This document shows, one piece after another, positions 1 through 9,202 of a stretch of DNA of 64,000 nucleotides. The notes under the pieces are model-generated. The model made no database searches. It saw nothing but the letters and a program-made list of their open reading frames with translations, and was not told the origin of the DNA. Origin of the DNA: Oscillospiraceae bacterium (GTDB lineage: Bacteria; Bacillota; Clostridia; Oscillospirales; Ruminococcaceae); the NCBI GenBank assembly GCA_045633415.1, contig JAZQYH010000001.1, positions 938 through 64,937 on the forward strand, written 5' to 3'. The position numbers and the translations under genes were made by a program. Every line of letters begins with the position of its first letter. Position 1 is the first letter of the stretch.

Positions 1-355
1 TATCGTTTTCCACTCGATGTTTCAATGTATGAGGACTGCAGGTGATTGTAAAGCGCCATATTTTGCAATTATCTGTACCAAGTTTTGTGACAATACTGTC
101 ATATATGCTTTCATAATCCATCACCCAGCAAAAGATGATATTTTTATACTCACTACAGGCAATAAAGTTATTGAGCATATGGGAGATATTGTCAGTCACC
201 ATAGCTTTTGTCTCTTCAGTCACAACAAAAGGGTCAGCCATCCAGCACCAGTCTCCATCCAGATATACGCTGTTGTCAAGCAGTTTGTTCAGCTGTTTGG
301 AAACACTGCTTTTACCTACAGCCATTGTGCCATTTATAAAAATAATATTCTTCAT
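1..355 (-). CDS. P-loop NTPase / AAA-family kinase-like protein, N-terminal part (C-terminus lies beyond the left window edge)
   Basis: Reverse-strand ATG at 355 reads MKNIIFINGTMAVGKSSVSKQLNKLLDNSVYLDGDWCWMADPF... and stays open to position 1. Walker A is GTMAVGKS. The + ORF 17..376 in the track is its antisense shadow. Confidence 0.6.
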   Translation of the reverse strand, partial: MKNIIFINGTMAVGKSSVSKQLNKLLDNSVYLDGDWCWMADPFVVTEETKAMVTDNISHMLNNFIACSEYKNIIFCWVMDYESIYDSIVTKLGTDNCKIWRFTITCSPHTLKHRVEND

Positions 356-519
356 GCAAACACCCCGAAAAAATGAATTTTCTGTAAATTATTATATATT
401 TTATTTTGATTTTTTGCAATAAGGAGTAGAATAAGACAAATAAAAGTCTTTTTTCATTGATTATTATATGAAAATGTTGTAAAATATAATAGATTACATA
501 CGTATTTTAGGAGGCATAT

Positions 520-2391
520 ATGCCTAAACATATAACCAGATTACTTTCAAGTTATCGTCGCTTAATACTGTTCCTTATGGACCTGCTTGTTATTTGTGGC
601 GCATACCTTTTCACATGGATGGCAATAGGTGGCCGGCGCTCTGTTGATGACTATTTCAGCATCACTGTTGCAAGCTGTTTCCTGTTTGTATCCTGCTATG
701 GAATAATTTTCTATGCTACAGGTATGTACGACAGTTTGTGGCGATATGCAGAAATTGTGGAATTCTTCAGATGTGCGGCATCCAGTGTGTTGGCCGTTAT
801 TGCATTTATGGTAATTTCCATGATGATTTTTCAGGAAAAAAGAGTTCCGATTACAGTTTATGCACTTTCTGCAGCATTGGCATCTTCATTTACACTTTAT
901 ACCCGATTAAGTTACCGAATGTTCCGTAATACCAAAATTAACTCAATGGGGAAAAAACGACAGCGAGTACTTCTTGTTGGTGCAGGGGATGCGGCATCTA
1001 CACTGATTCATGAACTTAACAAGAATACATCAAAAGAGATGAACGTTATCTGCGCAGTCGATGACGATAAAAATAAACTTGGCCGCAGTATTATAGGTGT
1101 TGAAATCCTTGGCACAACAGAAGATATTCCTTCCCTTGTTACACAGTGCCAGATAGATACTATTCTTATCGCTATTCCTACCCTGGACAGTGAAAACAGA
1201 CGCAGAATTCTCAATATCTGCTCACAGACAAACTGCAATATCAAAACACTGCCTGACATTGTAAAAATTATTGCAGACGGCAAAGACCTTGCAAGCCGCA
1301 TTACAGATATTAAAGTTGAAGACCTTCTTGGTCGTGACCCTGTAGTTCTTCAGGATGAAGCTACAGCGCTTATTAAAGATAAAGTTGTTTTTGTTACAGG
1401 TGGCGGTGGCTCCATCGGTAGCGAGTTGTGTCGCCAGATAGCCAATATCGGTCCTAAAAAGCTGGTAATTATTGATATTTACGAAAACTCAGCATATGCA
1501 GTACAGCAGGAACTTAAACGTAAATACAACGGCAATCTTAATCTGGAAGTAAGGATTGCTTCTGTTCGTGACACAAAGAAAATGGATGCACTTTTTGATG
1601 AGTTCAGACCACAGGTTGTTTTCCATGCGGCGGCACACAAACATGTTCCACTTATGGAAGATGCACCTGAAGAAGCAGTTAAAAACAATGTTTTTGGTAC
1701 TTACAACTGTGCACTGTGCGCTGAAAAATATGGCGTTGAAAAATTTGTTCTTATTTCCACAGACAAAGCTGTTAATCCTACAAATGTAATGGGTGCAACA
1801 AAACGTATCTGTGAAATGATTGTTCAGAACATTGCCCAGAGCAGTGAAGGCAGCACCACATTTGTTGCTGTACGTTTTGGCAACGTTCTCGGTTCAAACG
1901 GTTCAGTTTTACCACTGTTCAAAGACCAGCTGGCTGAAGGTGGTCCGCTGACTGTTACACATCCGGATATCGTTCGTTACTTTATGACTATCCCAGAAGC
2001 TGTAAGCCTTGTGCTTGAAGCCGGTGCTATGGGCGAAAAGAGCGGCGAAATATTTGTTCTGGATATGGGCGACCCTGTAAAAATTGTAACACTTGCAGAA
2101 AATGTTATTAAAATGTCTGGCTTCATTCCATATAAAGACATTGATATTGTGTTTACAGGCCTGCGTCCAGGTGAAAAAATGTATGAAGAACTTCTTCAGG
2201 ACGAAGAAGGTGTACGTAAAACAGCCAACAGTAAAATCTTTATTGGTTCCCCACTTAAAATGGATGCTGGCAGATTCTTTACAGACCTTCTGGAGCTGAA
2301 AGCGGTTGCATACGAAAATGACGGGGAAGCATTGCTCAAGAAACTGAAAGTTATGGTTCCTACATTCAATCACGAAATAGCTGAATATTGA
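520..2391 (+). CDS. Membrane-anchored nucleotide-sugar 4,6-dehydratase/epimerase (CapD / PglF / WbpM family polysaccharide biosynthesis protein)
   Basis: 623 aa. N-terminal TM helices are followed by two Rossmann segments (LLVGAGDAAS; VTGGGGSIGSE) and the SDR-like STDKAVNPTNVMGATKR motif. SD is AGGAGG upstream of the ATG. Confidence 0.85.
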   Translation: MPKHITRLLSSYRRLILFLMDLLVICGAYLFTWMAIGGRRSVDDYFSITVASCFLFVSCYGIIFYATGMYDSLWRYAEIVEFFRCAASSVLAVIAFMVISMMIFQEKRVPITVYALSAALASSFTLYTRLSYRMFRNTKINSMGKKRQRVLLVGAGDAASTLIHELNKNTSKEMNVICAVDDDKNKLGRSIIGVEILGTTEDIPSLVTQCQIDTILIAIPTLDSENRRRILNICSQTNCNIKTLPDIVKIIADGKDLASRITDIKVEDLLGRDPVVLQDEATALIKDKVVFVTGGGGSIGSELCRQIANIGPKKLVIIDIYENSAYAVQQELKRKYNGNLNLEVRIASVRDTKKMDALFDEFRPQVVFHAAAHKHVPLMEDAPEEAVKNNVFGTYNCALCAEKYGVEKFVLISTDKAVNPTNVMGATKRICEMIVQNIAQSSEGSTTFVAVRFGNVLGSNGSVLPLFKDQLAEGGPLTVTHPDIVRYFMTIPEAVSLVLEAGAMGEKSGEIFVLDMGDPVKIVTLAENVIKMSGFIPYKDIDIVFTGLRPGEKMYEELLQDEEGVRKTANSKIFIGSPLKMDAGRFFTDLLELKAVAYENDGEALLKKLKVMVPTFNHEIAEY

Positions 2392-2401
2392 GAGATTAAA
2401 T

Positions 2402-2986
2402 ATGTATAAATATTTTAAAAGATTTTTAGATATAGTTCTGTCAGCCAGTGCACTGCTGGTGCTTTCACCGGTTTTGTTGGTAATTGCAATATTAATCAAG
2501 CTTGACTCAAAAGGTCCTGTTTTGTTTAAACAGAAACGTGTTGCCAAAGATAAAGAGCATTTCCAGATACTTAAATTCAGAACAATGTATGCGGACGTAC
2601 CAAAAGATGTTCCTACACATCTTCTGGCAGACCCAGAAAGTAAAATTACAAAAATTGGCCGTTTTCTGCGTAAATCCAGCCTTGATGAACTGCCACAAAT
2701 CTGGAATATTCTTGTAGGCGAAATGAGCATTATCGGTCCACGACCAGCTTTGTGGAATCAGTTTGACCTTATTGAAGAACGCGACAAATATGGTGCAAAT
2801 GATGTCCGCCCAGGTCTTACAGGTCTTGCACAGGTAATGGGCAGAGATGAATTGCCAATCGATGTAAAAGCGAAATACGATGGCGAGTATGCCCGGAATG
2901 TAACTTTTGCACACGATGTAAAAATCTTCTTTAAAACAATTACCAGTGTTTTAGGCGCTGAAGGTGTAAAAGAAGGCAAGCAGTAA
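2402..2986 (+). CDS. Small monotopic sugar-phosphate transferase (Bac_transf family, PglC/WbaP C-terminal type)
   Basis: 194 aa with one N-terminal hydrophobic helix. Motifs KFRTM, DELPQ and IGPRP are typical of undecaprenyl-phosphate sugar phosphotransferases. Confidence 0.85.
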   Translation: MYKYFKRFLDIVLSASALLVLSPVLLVIAILIKLDSKGPVLFKQKRVAKDKEHFQILKFRTMYADVPKDVPTHLLADPESKITKIGRFLRKSSLDELPQIWNILVGEMSIIGPRPALWNQFDLIEERDKYGANDVRPGLTGLAQVMGRDELPIDVKAKYDGEYARNVTFAHDVKIFFKTITSVLGAEGVKEGKQ

Positions 2987-3001
2987 TCCAATAAAATTGA
3001 G

Positions 3002-3031
3002 GCCTCCCTCAGATGAGGGAGGCTTATGTTT
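3002..3031 (+). terminator. Intrinsic terminator after the sugar transferase
   Basis: Hairpin GCCTCCCTC-agat-GAGGGAGGC followed by a T-rich tract. Confidence 0.7.
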
Positions 3032-3035
3032 TTAT

Positions 3036-3137
3036 TTATTTTTCATTTGAATTCTTTTTGTTTTCGTTTTTCTGCTGTTTCTGACCACGCTGTTCAGTTT
3101 TCTGCTTTGTCTGATTTTTGTTGTTTTCTTTTGCCAT
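3036..3137 (-). CDS. Unlisted 33-codon hydrophilic Lys/Asn/Gln-rich ORF (possible minor spore protein)
   Basis: Reads MAKENNKNQTKQKTEQRGQKQQKNENKKNSNEK*. GGGAG lies 10 nt upstream of the ATG. Upstream is TGAATA-N17-TATACTA (3190-3161, minus strand). The ORF is too short for the ORF track. Confidence 0.3.
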   Translation of the reverse strand: MAKENNKNQTKQKTEQRGQKQQKNENKKNSNEK

Positions 3138-3293
3138 TTTAAATCAACTCCCTTCGCAAATAGTATAAACATACTGAAGTTTTTTATTCACAGTAAAAAA
3201 TTACCGTGGTCGTCACCACTTGCAAATACTGTAAAACTATGGTAAAATATAGGTTAGCAAAATTATAGAAACTAATATAAATAGGAGATAAAT

Positions 3294-4037
3294 ATGTCAG
3301 GACATTCAAAATGGAGCACCATCAAAAGAAAAAAAGGTGCTAACGATGCCGCAAGAGCAAAAGTATTTACAAAACTGGCAAGAGAAATTTCTGTTGCAGT
3401 TAAAGAAGGCGGTGCAGACCCTAACAACAATGCACGTCTGAGAGACCTGCTTGCAAAAGGCCGCGCAGCAAACGTTCCACAGGACAACCTGATGCGTGCT
3501 ATTAAAAAAGCTGGTGATAACGATAAAGAAAACTACGAATCAATCACATACGAAGGTTACGGCAACGGTGGTATCGCTGTTATCGTTGAATGTCTTTCTG
3601 ATAACCGCAACCGTACAGCATCCAACATCCGTCACTACTTTGACAAATTTGGCGGTAACCTTGGTACAACAGGCTGTGTTTCCTTTATGTTTGAAAACAA
3701 AGGTGTTATTGTAATCGAACAGGAAGATTACGATGAAGAAAAAGTGCTGGAAGACTGCTTTGAAGCAGGTGCAGCTGACGTTTCTTTCGAAGATGAAGGC
3801 ATCATCGAAGTTACAACAGAACCAAGCGACCTGTCCAGTGTTGCAGACGCTCTGGAAGGCATGGGCTATGCTCTCAAACAGCGCGAAACAGCTATGGTAC
3901 CAAACAACTACACAAGAGTTGACGACCCAGACACACTGAAAAAACTGGCTCTCCTCTTCGACAACCTTGAAGAAGACGATGACGTACAGAACGTTTGGAA
4001 CAACCTTGAAAACTCTGAAGACCTGCCAGAACTGTAA
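3294..4037 (+). CDS. yebC: YebC/PmpR family DNA-binding transcriptional regulator
   Basis: 247 aa starting MSGHSKWSTIKRKKGANDAARAKVFTKLAREI, the canonical YebC N-terminus. Good SD. Confidence 0.93.
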   Translation: MSGHSKWSTIKRKKGANDAARAKVFTKLAREISVAVKEGGADPNNNARLRDLLAKGRAANVPQDNLMRAIKKAGDNDKENYESITYEGYGNGGIAVIVECLSDNRNRTASNIRHYFDKFGGNLGTTGCVSFMFENKGVIVIEQEDYDEEKVLEDCFEAGAADVSFEDEGIIEVTTEPSDLSSVADALEGMGYALKQRETAMVPNNYTRVDDPDTLKKLALLFDNLEEDDDVQNVWNNLENSEDLPEL

Positions 4038-4047
4038 TAAGAAAATA

Positions 4048-4084
4048 AATGCTATTCTACTTGTGTGGAATAGCATTTTTATTT
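4048..4084 (+). terminator. Intrinsic terminator after yebC
   Basis: Hairpin AATGCTATTC...GAATAGCATT followed by TTTT. Confidence 0.7.
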
Positions 4085-4230
4085 GAAGCACAATGTAATT
4101 CAGATAATGCAGATACACAGTATATTGCAATAATCTATAATTTATAATATAATTATACTGTTAAAGTATTGTTTTAAGACAATACTTAATAATCAATTGT
4201 TTTGTTTAATTTTACAGAAAGGAGTAGAGT

Positions 4231-5784
4231 ATGTCATCAGCTGAATGTAGATTCTGTGGCAGTGAAATCACAGGCGAAATCTGTGAATGGTGTGGTTTTC
4301 CACTGGATTCCCATCAGGAACTGGCAGGTGTGTTGCCATATGGTACAGATTTGAATGGATATGTTATAGGCGATGTAGTTGATATGGATGGCGAAAGTAC
4401 AACATATCAGGCTTACAACACTGCTACACAGACAAAAGTTCTGGTCAAGGAATTTTTACCTGTGTCCATGGTTGCACCACGAGCAGGTAATAATATTACT
4501 GTACAGCAGGGTAAAGAAGTTCTGTTTAAAAATCTGATGATGGACTTTACCGACCTTTATACTGCCCTTTCAAAAATTGAAAGCAAAAATATACAGAAGA
4601 TTTTTCGGATTTTCAGTGCCAACGGAACAGTATATGTTGTGATGGAAATGGTAAAAGGGGATAATCTTCGCCAGAATCTTATTAAACGTGGTAAGCCATA
4701 TACTTTTAAAGAAGCACGCTGGCTGTATCAGGAACTGTTTGAACTTCTTGAAATACTGGAGAAAAATAACATTGCCCATGGTGGTATCAGCGACGAAACT
4801 GTGCTGATTACACCGGATAATACAGTAGTGCTGACAAACTTTGCAATACGGGACCTTCGTGTTAAAAACGAGCATATAGTTTACAAACTGTACGACAATT
4901 TCTCTGCACCGGAACAGTACAGCCTTAACCGGTTTTCCGGTTTTTACACAGACATATACTCTGTGTCAGCTCTTTTCTACCATACAGTGACAGGTCGTCC
5001 ATTTATAGCTGAAAATCTGGCTTTAAAAGACCTTGCACGATATATGCCTAAGTATGCTATAGAAACTTTAAAATACGCTACAAAGCAAAATCCATTGGAT
5101 AGAATAGATAATATCGGCGACTTTGTGCTGATGCTGGATAATAAAGCCACAATAGCAAAACCAGAGAAGAAAAAGCAGGAAAAACATACTGAAAGTATGG
5201 ACCTTAACAAAAAGCTTACTTTGATTATAATTGCCCTTGTTATAGTGCTGTTTGCCGTAGGTATAATGGCGGTTTCATCCACAGCCGATTCTTCTTCATC
5301 CGGGGAGTCTTCATCAGTGGTTGAATCATTACCTGTTGTGGAAAAACTGGTTGTACCTGATTTGGTGGGAAAAAACTATAAAGATATAATGAATGACCCT
5401 GAAGTTGTAAATAATTTTTATATTTACACCACAGAAGAGTTTGCCAACCATCCGATAGGTCAGATTATCAGCCAGCAGCCACAGGCTAATATTTCTATTG
5501 AAAAAGGCGCATCTATTTACGTTACTATCAGTAAAGGTAAAGAAGTAATAAAAGTACAGGTGCCTTACGGTCTTGCAGGCAGACCGCTTGGAGAGGTAGA
5601 GGGATTGTTGAATACAATGGATATTCCGTTTGTTACAAAATATGTCCCACAGACTCGGCAGTATTCATTCGGCACAGTAACAGGCACAGATATTCCAGAA
5701 GGGGTAATGATAGACCCTGCTGAAACTTATATAATTGTTTATGTAGCTGATGATACACCTGTTGTGGAAATACCACAGAATTAA
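4231..5784 (+). CDS. Membrane protein: N-terminal zinc ribbon, degenerate Ser/Thr-kinase fold (pseudokinase), one TM helix, two PASTA-like extracellular repeats
   Basis: CRFCGSEITGEICEWCG forms CxxC...CxxC. VLVKEF and SAPEQ are retained, but HGGISDETV replaces HRDxKxxN and TNFA replaces DFG. TM helix is LTLIIIALVIVLFAVGIMAV. VVPDLVGKNYKDI...YVTISKG is PASTA-like. Confidence 0.7.
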   Translation: MSSAECRFCGSEITGEICEWCGFPLDSHQELAGVLPYGTDLNGYVIGDVVDMDGESTTYQAYNTATQTKVLVKEFLPVSMVAPRAGNNITVQQGKEVLFKNLMMDFTDLYTALSKIESKNIQKIFRIFSANGTVYVVMEMVKGDNLRQNLIKRGKPYTFKEARWLYQELFELLEILEKNNIAHGGISDETVLITPDNTVVLTNFAIRDLRVKNEHIVYKLYDNFSAPEQYSLNRFSGFYTDIYSVSALFYHTVTGRPFIAENLALKDLARYMPKYAIETLKYATKQNPLDRIDNIGDFVLMLDNKATIAKPEKKKQEKHTESMDLNKKLTLIIIALVIVLFAVGIMAVSSTADSSSSGESSSVVESLPVVEKLVVPDLVGKNYKDIMNDPEVVNNFYIYTTEEFANHPIGQIISQQPQANISIEKGASIYVTISKGKEVIKVQVPYGLAGRPLGEVEGLLNTMDIPFVTKYVPQTRQYSFGTVTGTDIPEGVMIDPAETYIIVYVADDTPVVEIPQN

Positions 5785-5789
5785 AATAT

Positions 5790-5818
5790 ACACCGCAGAT
5801 ATTTCTGCGGTGTTTTTT
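5790..5818 (+). terminator. Intrinsic terminator
   Basis: Hairpin ACACCGCAG-atatt-CTGCGGTGT followed by TTTTTT. Confidence 0.8.
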
Positions 5819-5825
5819 GTTGTAT

Positions 5826-5855
5826 GAAAAACGGACAGGTATATACCTGTCCGCC
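5826..5855 (-). terminator. Intrinsic terminator of the DUF362 gene
   Basis: On the minus strand, CGGACAGGTATATACCTGTCCG followed by TTTTT. Confidence 0.75.
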
Positions 5856-5891
5856 TTTCGTTGTATAGAGAGAGAAAGAAAATTGTTTAAT

Positions 5892-6761
5892 TTATTCAAC
5901 TTCCACCAGTTCATATTCTCTGCTGCCAAAGCCCAGAGCTGCAGAAGCTTCAATTGTGTAAACACCACGTCTGCTTTCGATTCTTTCCAGAAGATGTGCC
6001 TGACCAGGGTCGTCTGTAGCAGCATATACAAGGTCGATACATGCCTGGTCGATTGCGATAGGGTCTGTGGATACCAGAATACCGATGTCTTTCATACATG
6101 GGTCTTCAGCTTTTGCAACACAGTCACAGTCAACAGACATATTTTTCATAACGTTTACATATGCCGCATTTTCGCCAAAGTATTCCACTACACTGCCAGC
6201 GGCGTCAGCCATAGCTTCAAGGAATTTTGTTCTGTCCTGTGTCCAGATTTTTTCTGGTTCGCCAGCACCGTGGATGTATGCTTTGCCGAAGGAAGAACCA
6301 ATACCGATAGACAGCTGTTTCAGAGCGCCGCCATAGCCACCCATTGGATGACCTTTGAAATGGCTCAATACCAGCAGGCTGTCATAGTTTGCAAGATTTT
6401 TACCTACATAGTTTTTATCTATCTGTTTATAATTTTTTACTTCAAGTACCAAGTCTGGACCTTCTGCGTCCAGCAGGTCTACATCGTACATTTCGCTCCA
6501 GCCATGGTATTTAAACAGCTCCAGATGCTTTTCTGTAGTGTCACGCTGACCAGCATAAGCTGTGTTACATTCTACGATAGTACCGCCTGTAACATCAATC
6601 AGTGGTTTCCAGAAATCAGGACCAAGGAAGTTCTGGTTGCCTTTTTCACCACTGTGAACTTTCAGTGCTACTTTGCCAGGCAGCTCTTTGCCGAGAAGTT
6701 TATATAATTCCAATACTTTTTCAGGTGTAATAGTTCTGCTGAAATATACTTTTGGTTTCAT
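5892..6761 (-). CDS. DUF362 domain protein
   Basis: 289 aa starting MKPKVYFSRTITPEKVLELYKLL...KVHSGEKGN, with SHFKGHPMGGYGGALKQLSIG and a CDC motif. Recognised from memory as DUF362-like. SD is AAGGAG. Confidence 0.6.
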   Translation of the reverse strand: MKPKVYFSRTITPEKVLELYKLLGKELPGKVALKVHSGEKGNQNFLGPDFWKPLIDVTGGTIVECNTAYAGQRDTTEKHLELFKYHGWSEMYDVDLLDAEGPDLVLEVKNYKQIDKNYVGKNLANYDSLLVLSHFKGHPMGGYGGALKQLSIGIGSSFGKAYIHGAGEPEKIWTQDRTKFLEAMADAAGSVVEYFGENAAYVNVMKNMSVDCDCVAKAEDPCMKDIGILVSTDPIAIDQACIDLVYAATDDPGQAHLLERIESRRGVYTIEASAALGFGSREYELVEVE

Positions 6762-6857
6762 AGTTATTCTCCTTTACCATATACGTTCTTTATAATTATA
6801 TTATACCATCTGTACATGGTGAAAGGTCAAGTGTATTTTGTTGATAATCGTAAATTT

Positions 6858-7883
6858 TTATTCTGTCCGGCTTTCCAGAATGGTAAAAGTCATGTTTTCA
6901 CAGTCCAGCTGTGCCATTACTCCGTATGGAATAACACACATGGGTTCATTGTGGCCAAAACTGCCGTTGTAAAATACAGGTATATTGCTGTCGATTTCTT
7001 TCAGCACTTTCAGTATTTTTTCTTTGTATTCTTCGTAATATTTTTCCTGATATGGCTTGCCGAAGATAATACCATTCACTTTCTGCAGCACACCCATTGT
7101 GGCATAGTTTCTCAGCCACCATTCAATAAAATCAGGCGAAGGTGTGTCTTCGCTGGTTTCAAAGAAAAGGATAGCACCGTCAAAAAATTCTTTGGCAGGG
7201 AAAAGGTCTGTGCCTTTTACAAACTCCCATACATCAAGACATCCGCCAATCAGTCTGCCTTGTACCACACCACTGCCCTGCAACAGTTCATATCCTTTAT
7301 TTGGCTGCATTTTTTTATCAATATGCTGTGTTTCCACTGTCCATGGTACATAGTCTGCAGTAAATTCACTGTATGGTGCAATTTCGCCCAGTAGGGCAGG
7401 GGAGAACAGTGCTTTTTCCACCCACTGCTTCGTATAGTCAAACATTTTGTTGTTTTCTGCAAATTCAGCCAGTATGCTAGGACCGTAAAATGATGTAAAA
7501 CCAGCTTTATGGCATATAAGATGGGTAATGGTGCTGTCTGAATATCCCATATAAATTTTAGGATTTGCCTTTATAACATCCCAGTCAAGATATGGCAGCA
7601 TTCGCACGCTGTCAGACCCGCCGATACAGGAAAAAATAGCCTTGATATCTGGGCTTGCGAAGGCAGCATTCAGGTCTGCGGCACGTGCCTGTGGATTTTC
7701 GTACACAAACTGACTGCCTGCAAGGGTATGTGGCATTTCTACAACATTCAGGCCCATTTCTTCAAGACGCTTTTTGCCGATTTCATAACGGAATTTCAAG
7801 CTTTCATCACCAGCGCCACCCCATGAAGAAGAAACAGTACACACAGTATCGCCTTTTTTCAAAACCTTTGGTTTTTTTAGCAT
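6858..7883 (-). CDS. LD-carboxypeptidase (peptidase S66, MccF-like)
   Basis: 341 aa. Has LKKGDTVCTVSSSWGG, the nucleophile context GYSDSTITH and C-terminal SFGHNEP, typical of the S66 family. Confidence 0.85.
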   Translation of the reverse strand: MLKKPKVLKKGDTVCTVSSSWGGAGDESLKFRYEIGKKRLEEMGLNVVEMPHTLAGSQFVYENPQARAADLNAAFASPDIKAIFSCIGGSDSVRMLPYLDWDVIKANPKIYMGYSDSTITHLICHKAGFTSFYGPSILAEFAENNKMFDYTKQWVEKALFSPALLGEIAPYSEFTADYVPWTVETQHIDKKMQPNKGYELLQGSGVVQGRLIGGCLDVWEFVKGTDLFPAKEFFDGAILFFETSEDTPSPDFIEWWLRNYATMGVLQKVNGIIFGKPYQEKYYEEYKEKILKVLKEIDSNIPVFYNGSFGHNEPMCVIPYGVMAQLDCENMTFTILESRTE

Positions 7884-7933
7884 AATATCACCGCCTTTTC
7901 TTGATTTTACATTATATAAAATATTTTGTAAAC

Positions 7934-7966
7934 AAAAACAAAAGCCGTGGAATTATCCACGGCTTT
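7934..7966 (-). terminator. Intrinsic terminator of the rpsF-ssb-rpsR operon
   Basis: On the minus strand, AGCCGTGG-ataatt-CCACGGCT followed by TTTTGTTTTT. Confidence 0.8.
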
Positions 7967-7979
7967 AATTAACTAACAA

Positions 7980-8237
7980 TTAGTTGTTTGTGTATGGCAG
8001 CAGAGCAACTGTTCTAGCTCTTTTGATAGCTGTTGTCAGGTGTCTCTGGTGGTAAGCACATGTGCCTGTTACACGTCTTGGCACGATTTTGCCTCTTTCT
8101 GTGATGTATTTTCTCAGTTTGGAAACATCTTTGTAATCGATGTAGTCAACTTTTTCAACGCAGAAGCTGCATACTTTTTTGCGGCTTGTTCTTCTTACTG
8201 GACGGCCGCCTTTAAATTCTCTTTCATTTCTTTCCAT
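7980..8237 (-). CDS. rpsR: 30S ribosomal protein S18
   Basis: 85 aa with [53 protein letters not shown]. Confidence 0.97.
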   Translation of the reverse strand: MERNEREFKGGRPVRRTSRKKVCSFCVEKVDYIDYKDVSKLRKYITERGKIVPRRVTGTCAYHQRHLTTAIKRARTVALLPYTNN

Positions 8238-8260
8238 GATAGAAATTCTCCTTTCTTAAA

Positions 8261-8734
8261 CTAAAACGGTAAATCTCCATCGTCTGTTGCGACTGTGGAG
8301 AAGCCATCCAAATCTCCTGTGGAGAATGTGGAGGCACTAAAATTATTTTCTGTCTGTCTTGCAGGCTGTGCATAGCCTGTAGAGTAATTCTGAGAGTAGT
8401 TTGATGTACCCTGTGAAGCGCCACCTGTAGCACCTGTGAAGTGGAATCTGTCTACCAGAACTTCAAAAGCTGTACGGTTTTTGCCAGTATCTTTATCCTG
8501 ATACTGTCTTGTCTGGATAGAACCGTTGATAGCAATCATACTGCCTTTTTTAAAGAAACGTGCAATATTATCTGCATTAGCTCTCCATGCAACACAGTTG
8601 ATAAAGTCTGCTCTTCTTTCGCCGTTAGCAAATCTGTCTACTGCGATTGAAAAGCTACATACGCTGATACCATTTGGTGTCTGGCGTACTTCAGGGTCGG
8701 CAGTAAGTCTGCCCATTAAACAAACAACATTCAT
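8261..8734 (-). CDS. ssb: Single-stranded DNA-binding protein
   Basis: 157 aa starting MNVVCLMGRLTADPEVRQTPNG (OB fold), with a Gly/Ser/Gln-rich linker and an acidic tail ending DDGDLPF. Confidence 0.95.
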   Translation of the reverse strand: MNVVCLMGRLTADPEVRQTPNGISVCSFSIAVDRFANGERRADFINCVAWRANADNIARFFKKGSMIAINGSIQTRQYQDKDTGKNRTAFEVLVDRFHFTGATGGASQGTSNYSQNYSTGYAQPARQTENNFSASTFSTGDLDGFSTVATDDGDLPF

Positions 8735-8751
8735 TTTAAAATCCTCTCAAA

Positions 8752-9030
8752 TTACAGAGCGATGATCATTGTGCGCAGAAGACCTTCTGTGATCTTGAAC
8801 ACACGACCAAGTTCTGCTGGGAAAGCAGCTTCACATTCAAATGTGAACAGAACATAATAACCTTCTGTTTCTTTGTTGATCATGTAAGCAAGTTTCTTTT
8901 TGCCCCATTCGTCAACAGAAACAAGAGTACCGTTAGCTGAGATAAGGTTTGAGAATTTTTCTACAAGACCTTTGATAGCTTCTTCATCCTGTTTTGTGCT
9001 GATAACAACCATTGATTCGTATTTCTGCAT
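8752..9030 (-). CDS. rpsF: 30S ribosomal protein S6
   Basis: 92 aa starting MQKYESMVVIS, with LAYMINKETEGYYVLFTFE. It holds the operon position before ssb and rpsR. Confidence 0.95.
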   Translation of the reverse strand: MQKYESMVVISTKQDEEAIKGLVEKFSNLISANGTLVSVDEWGKKKLAYMINKETEGYYVLFTFECEAAFPAELGRVFKITEGLLRTMIIAL

Positions 9031-9137
9031 GATTATTTACCTCCTTGTGGACTATAATGGCCCTGCCCCTCTGGCAGAGCAAGGATTGCTGTTTTTACAG
9101 CAAGAATAATTATATCAACAAAACCCCTTTAAGTCAA
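9031..9137 (-). promoter_or_regulatory. Promoter and structured leader of rpsF-ssb-rpsR (candidate autoregulatory leader)
   Basis: On the minus strand, TTGACT (9137-9132), 17 nt, TATAAT (9114-9109). In the roughly 70-nt leader, CCUUG (9084-9080) can pair with the CAAGG of the SD (9047-9043) around an inner CUGCC/GGCAG hairpin. Confidence 0.4.
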
Positions 9138-9202
9138 GGGGTTTATTGTTCAAAATATAGAATTTTTAAAAGAATTTTATAATGTTTACACAAAGTTTAA
9201 CA

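Noticed and set aside
1909-2730. 273-aa minus-strand ORF spanning two + genes
   Set aside because: It crosses the CapD / sugar transferase junction in antisense and resembles no family.
5817-6707. 296-aa + strand ORF
   Set aside because: It is the antisense shadow of the DUF362 gene. The translation is Cys/Phe-rich and resembles no family.
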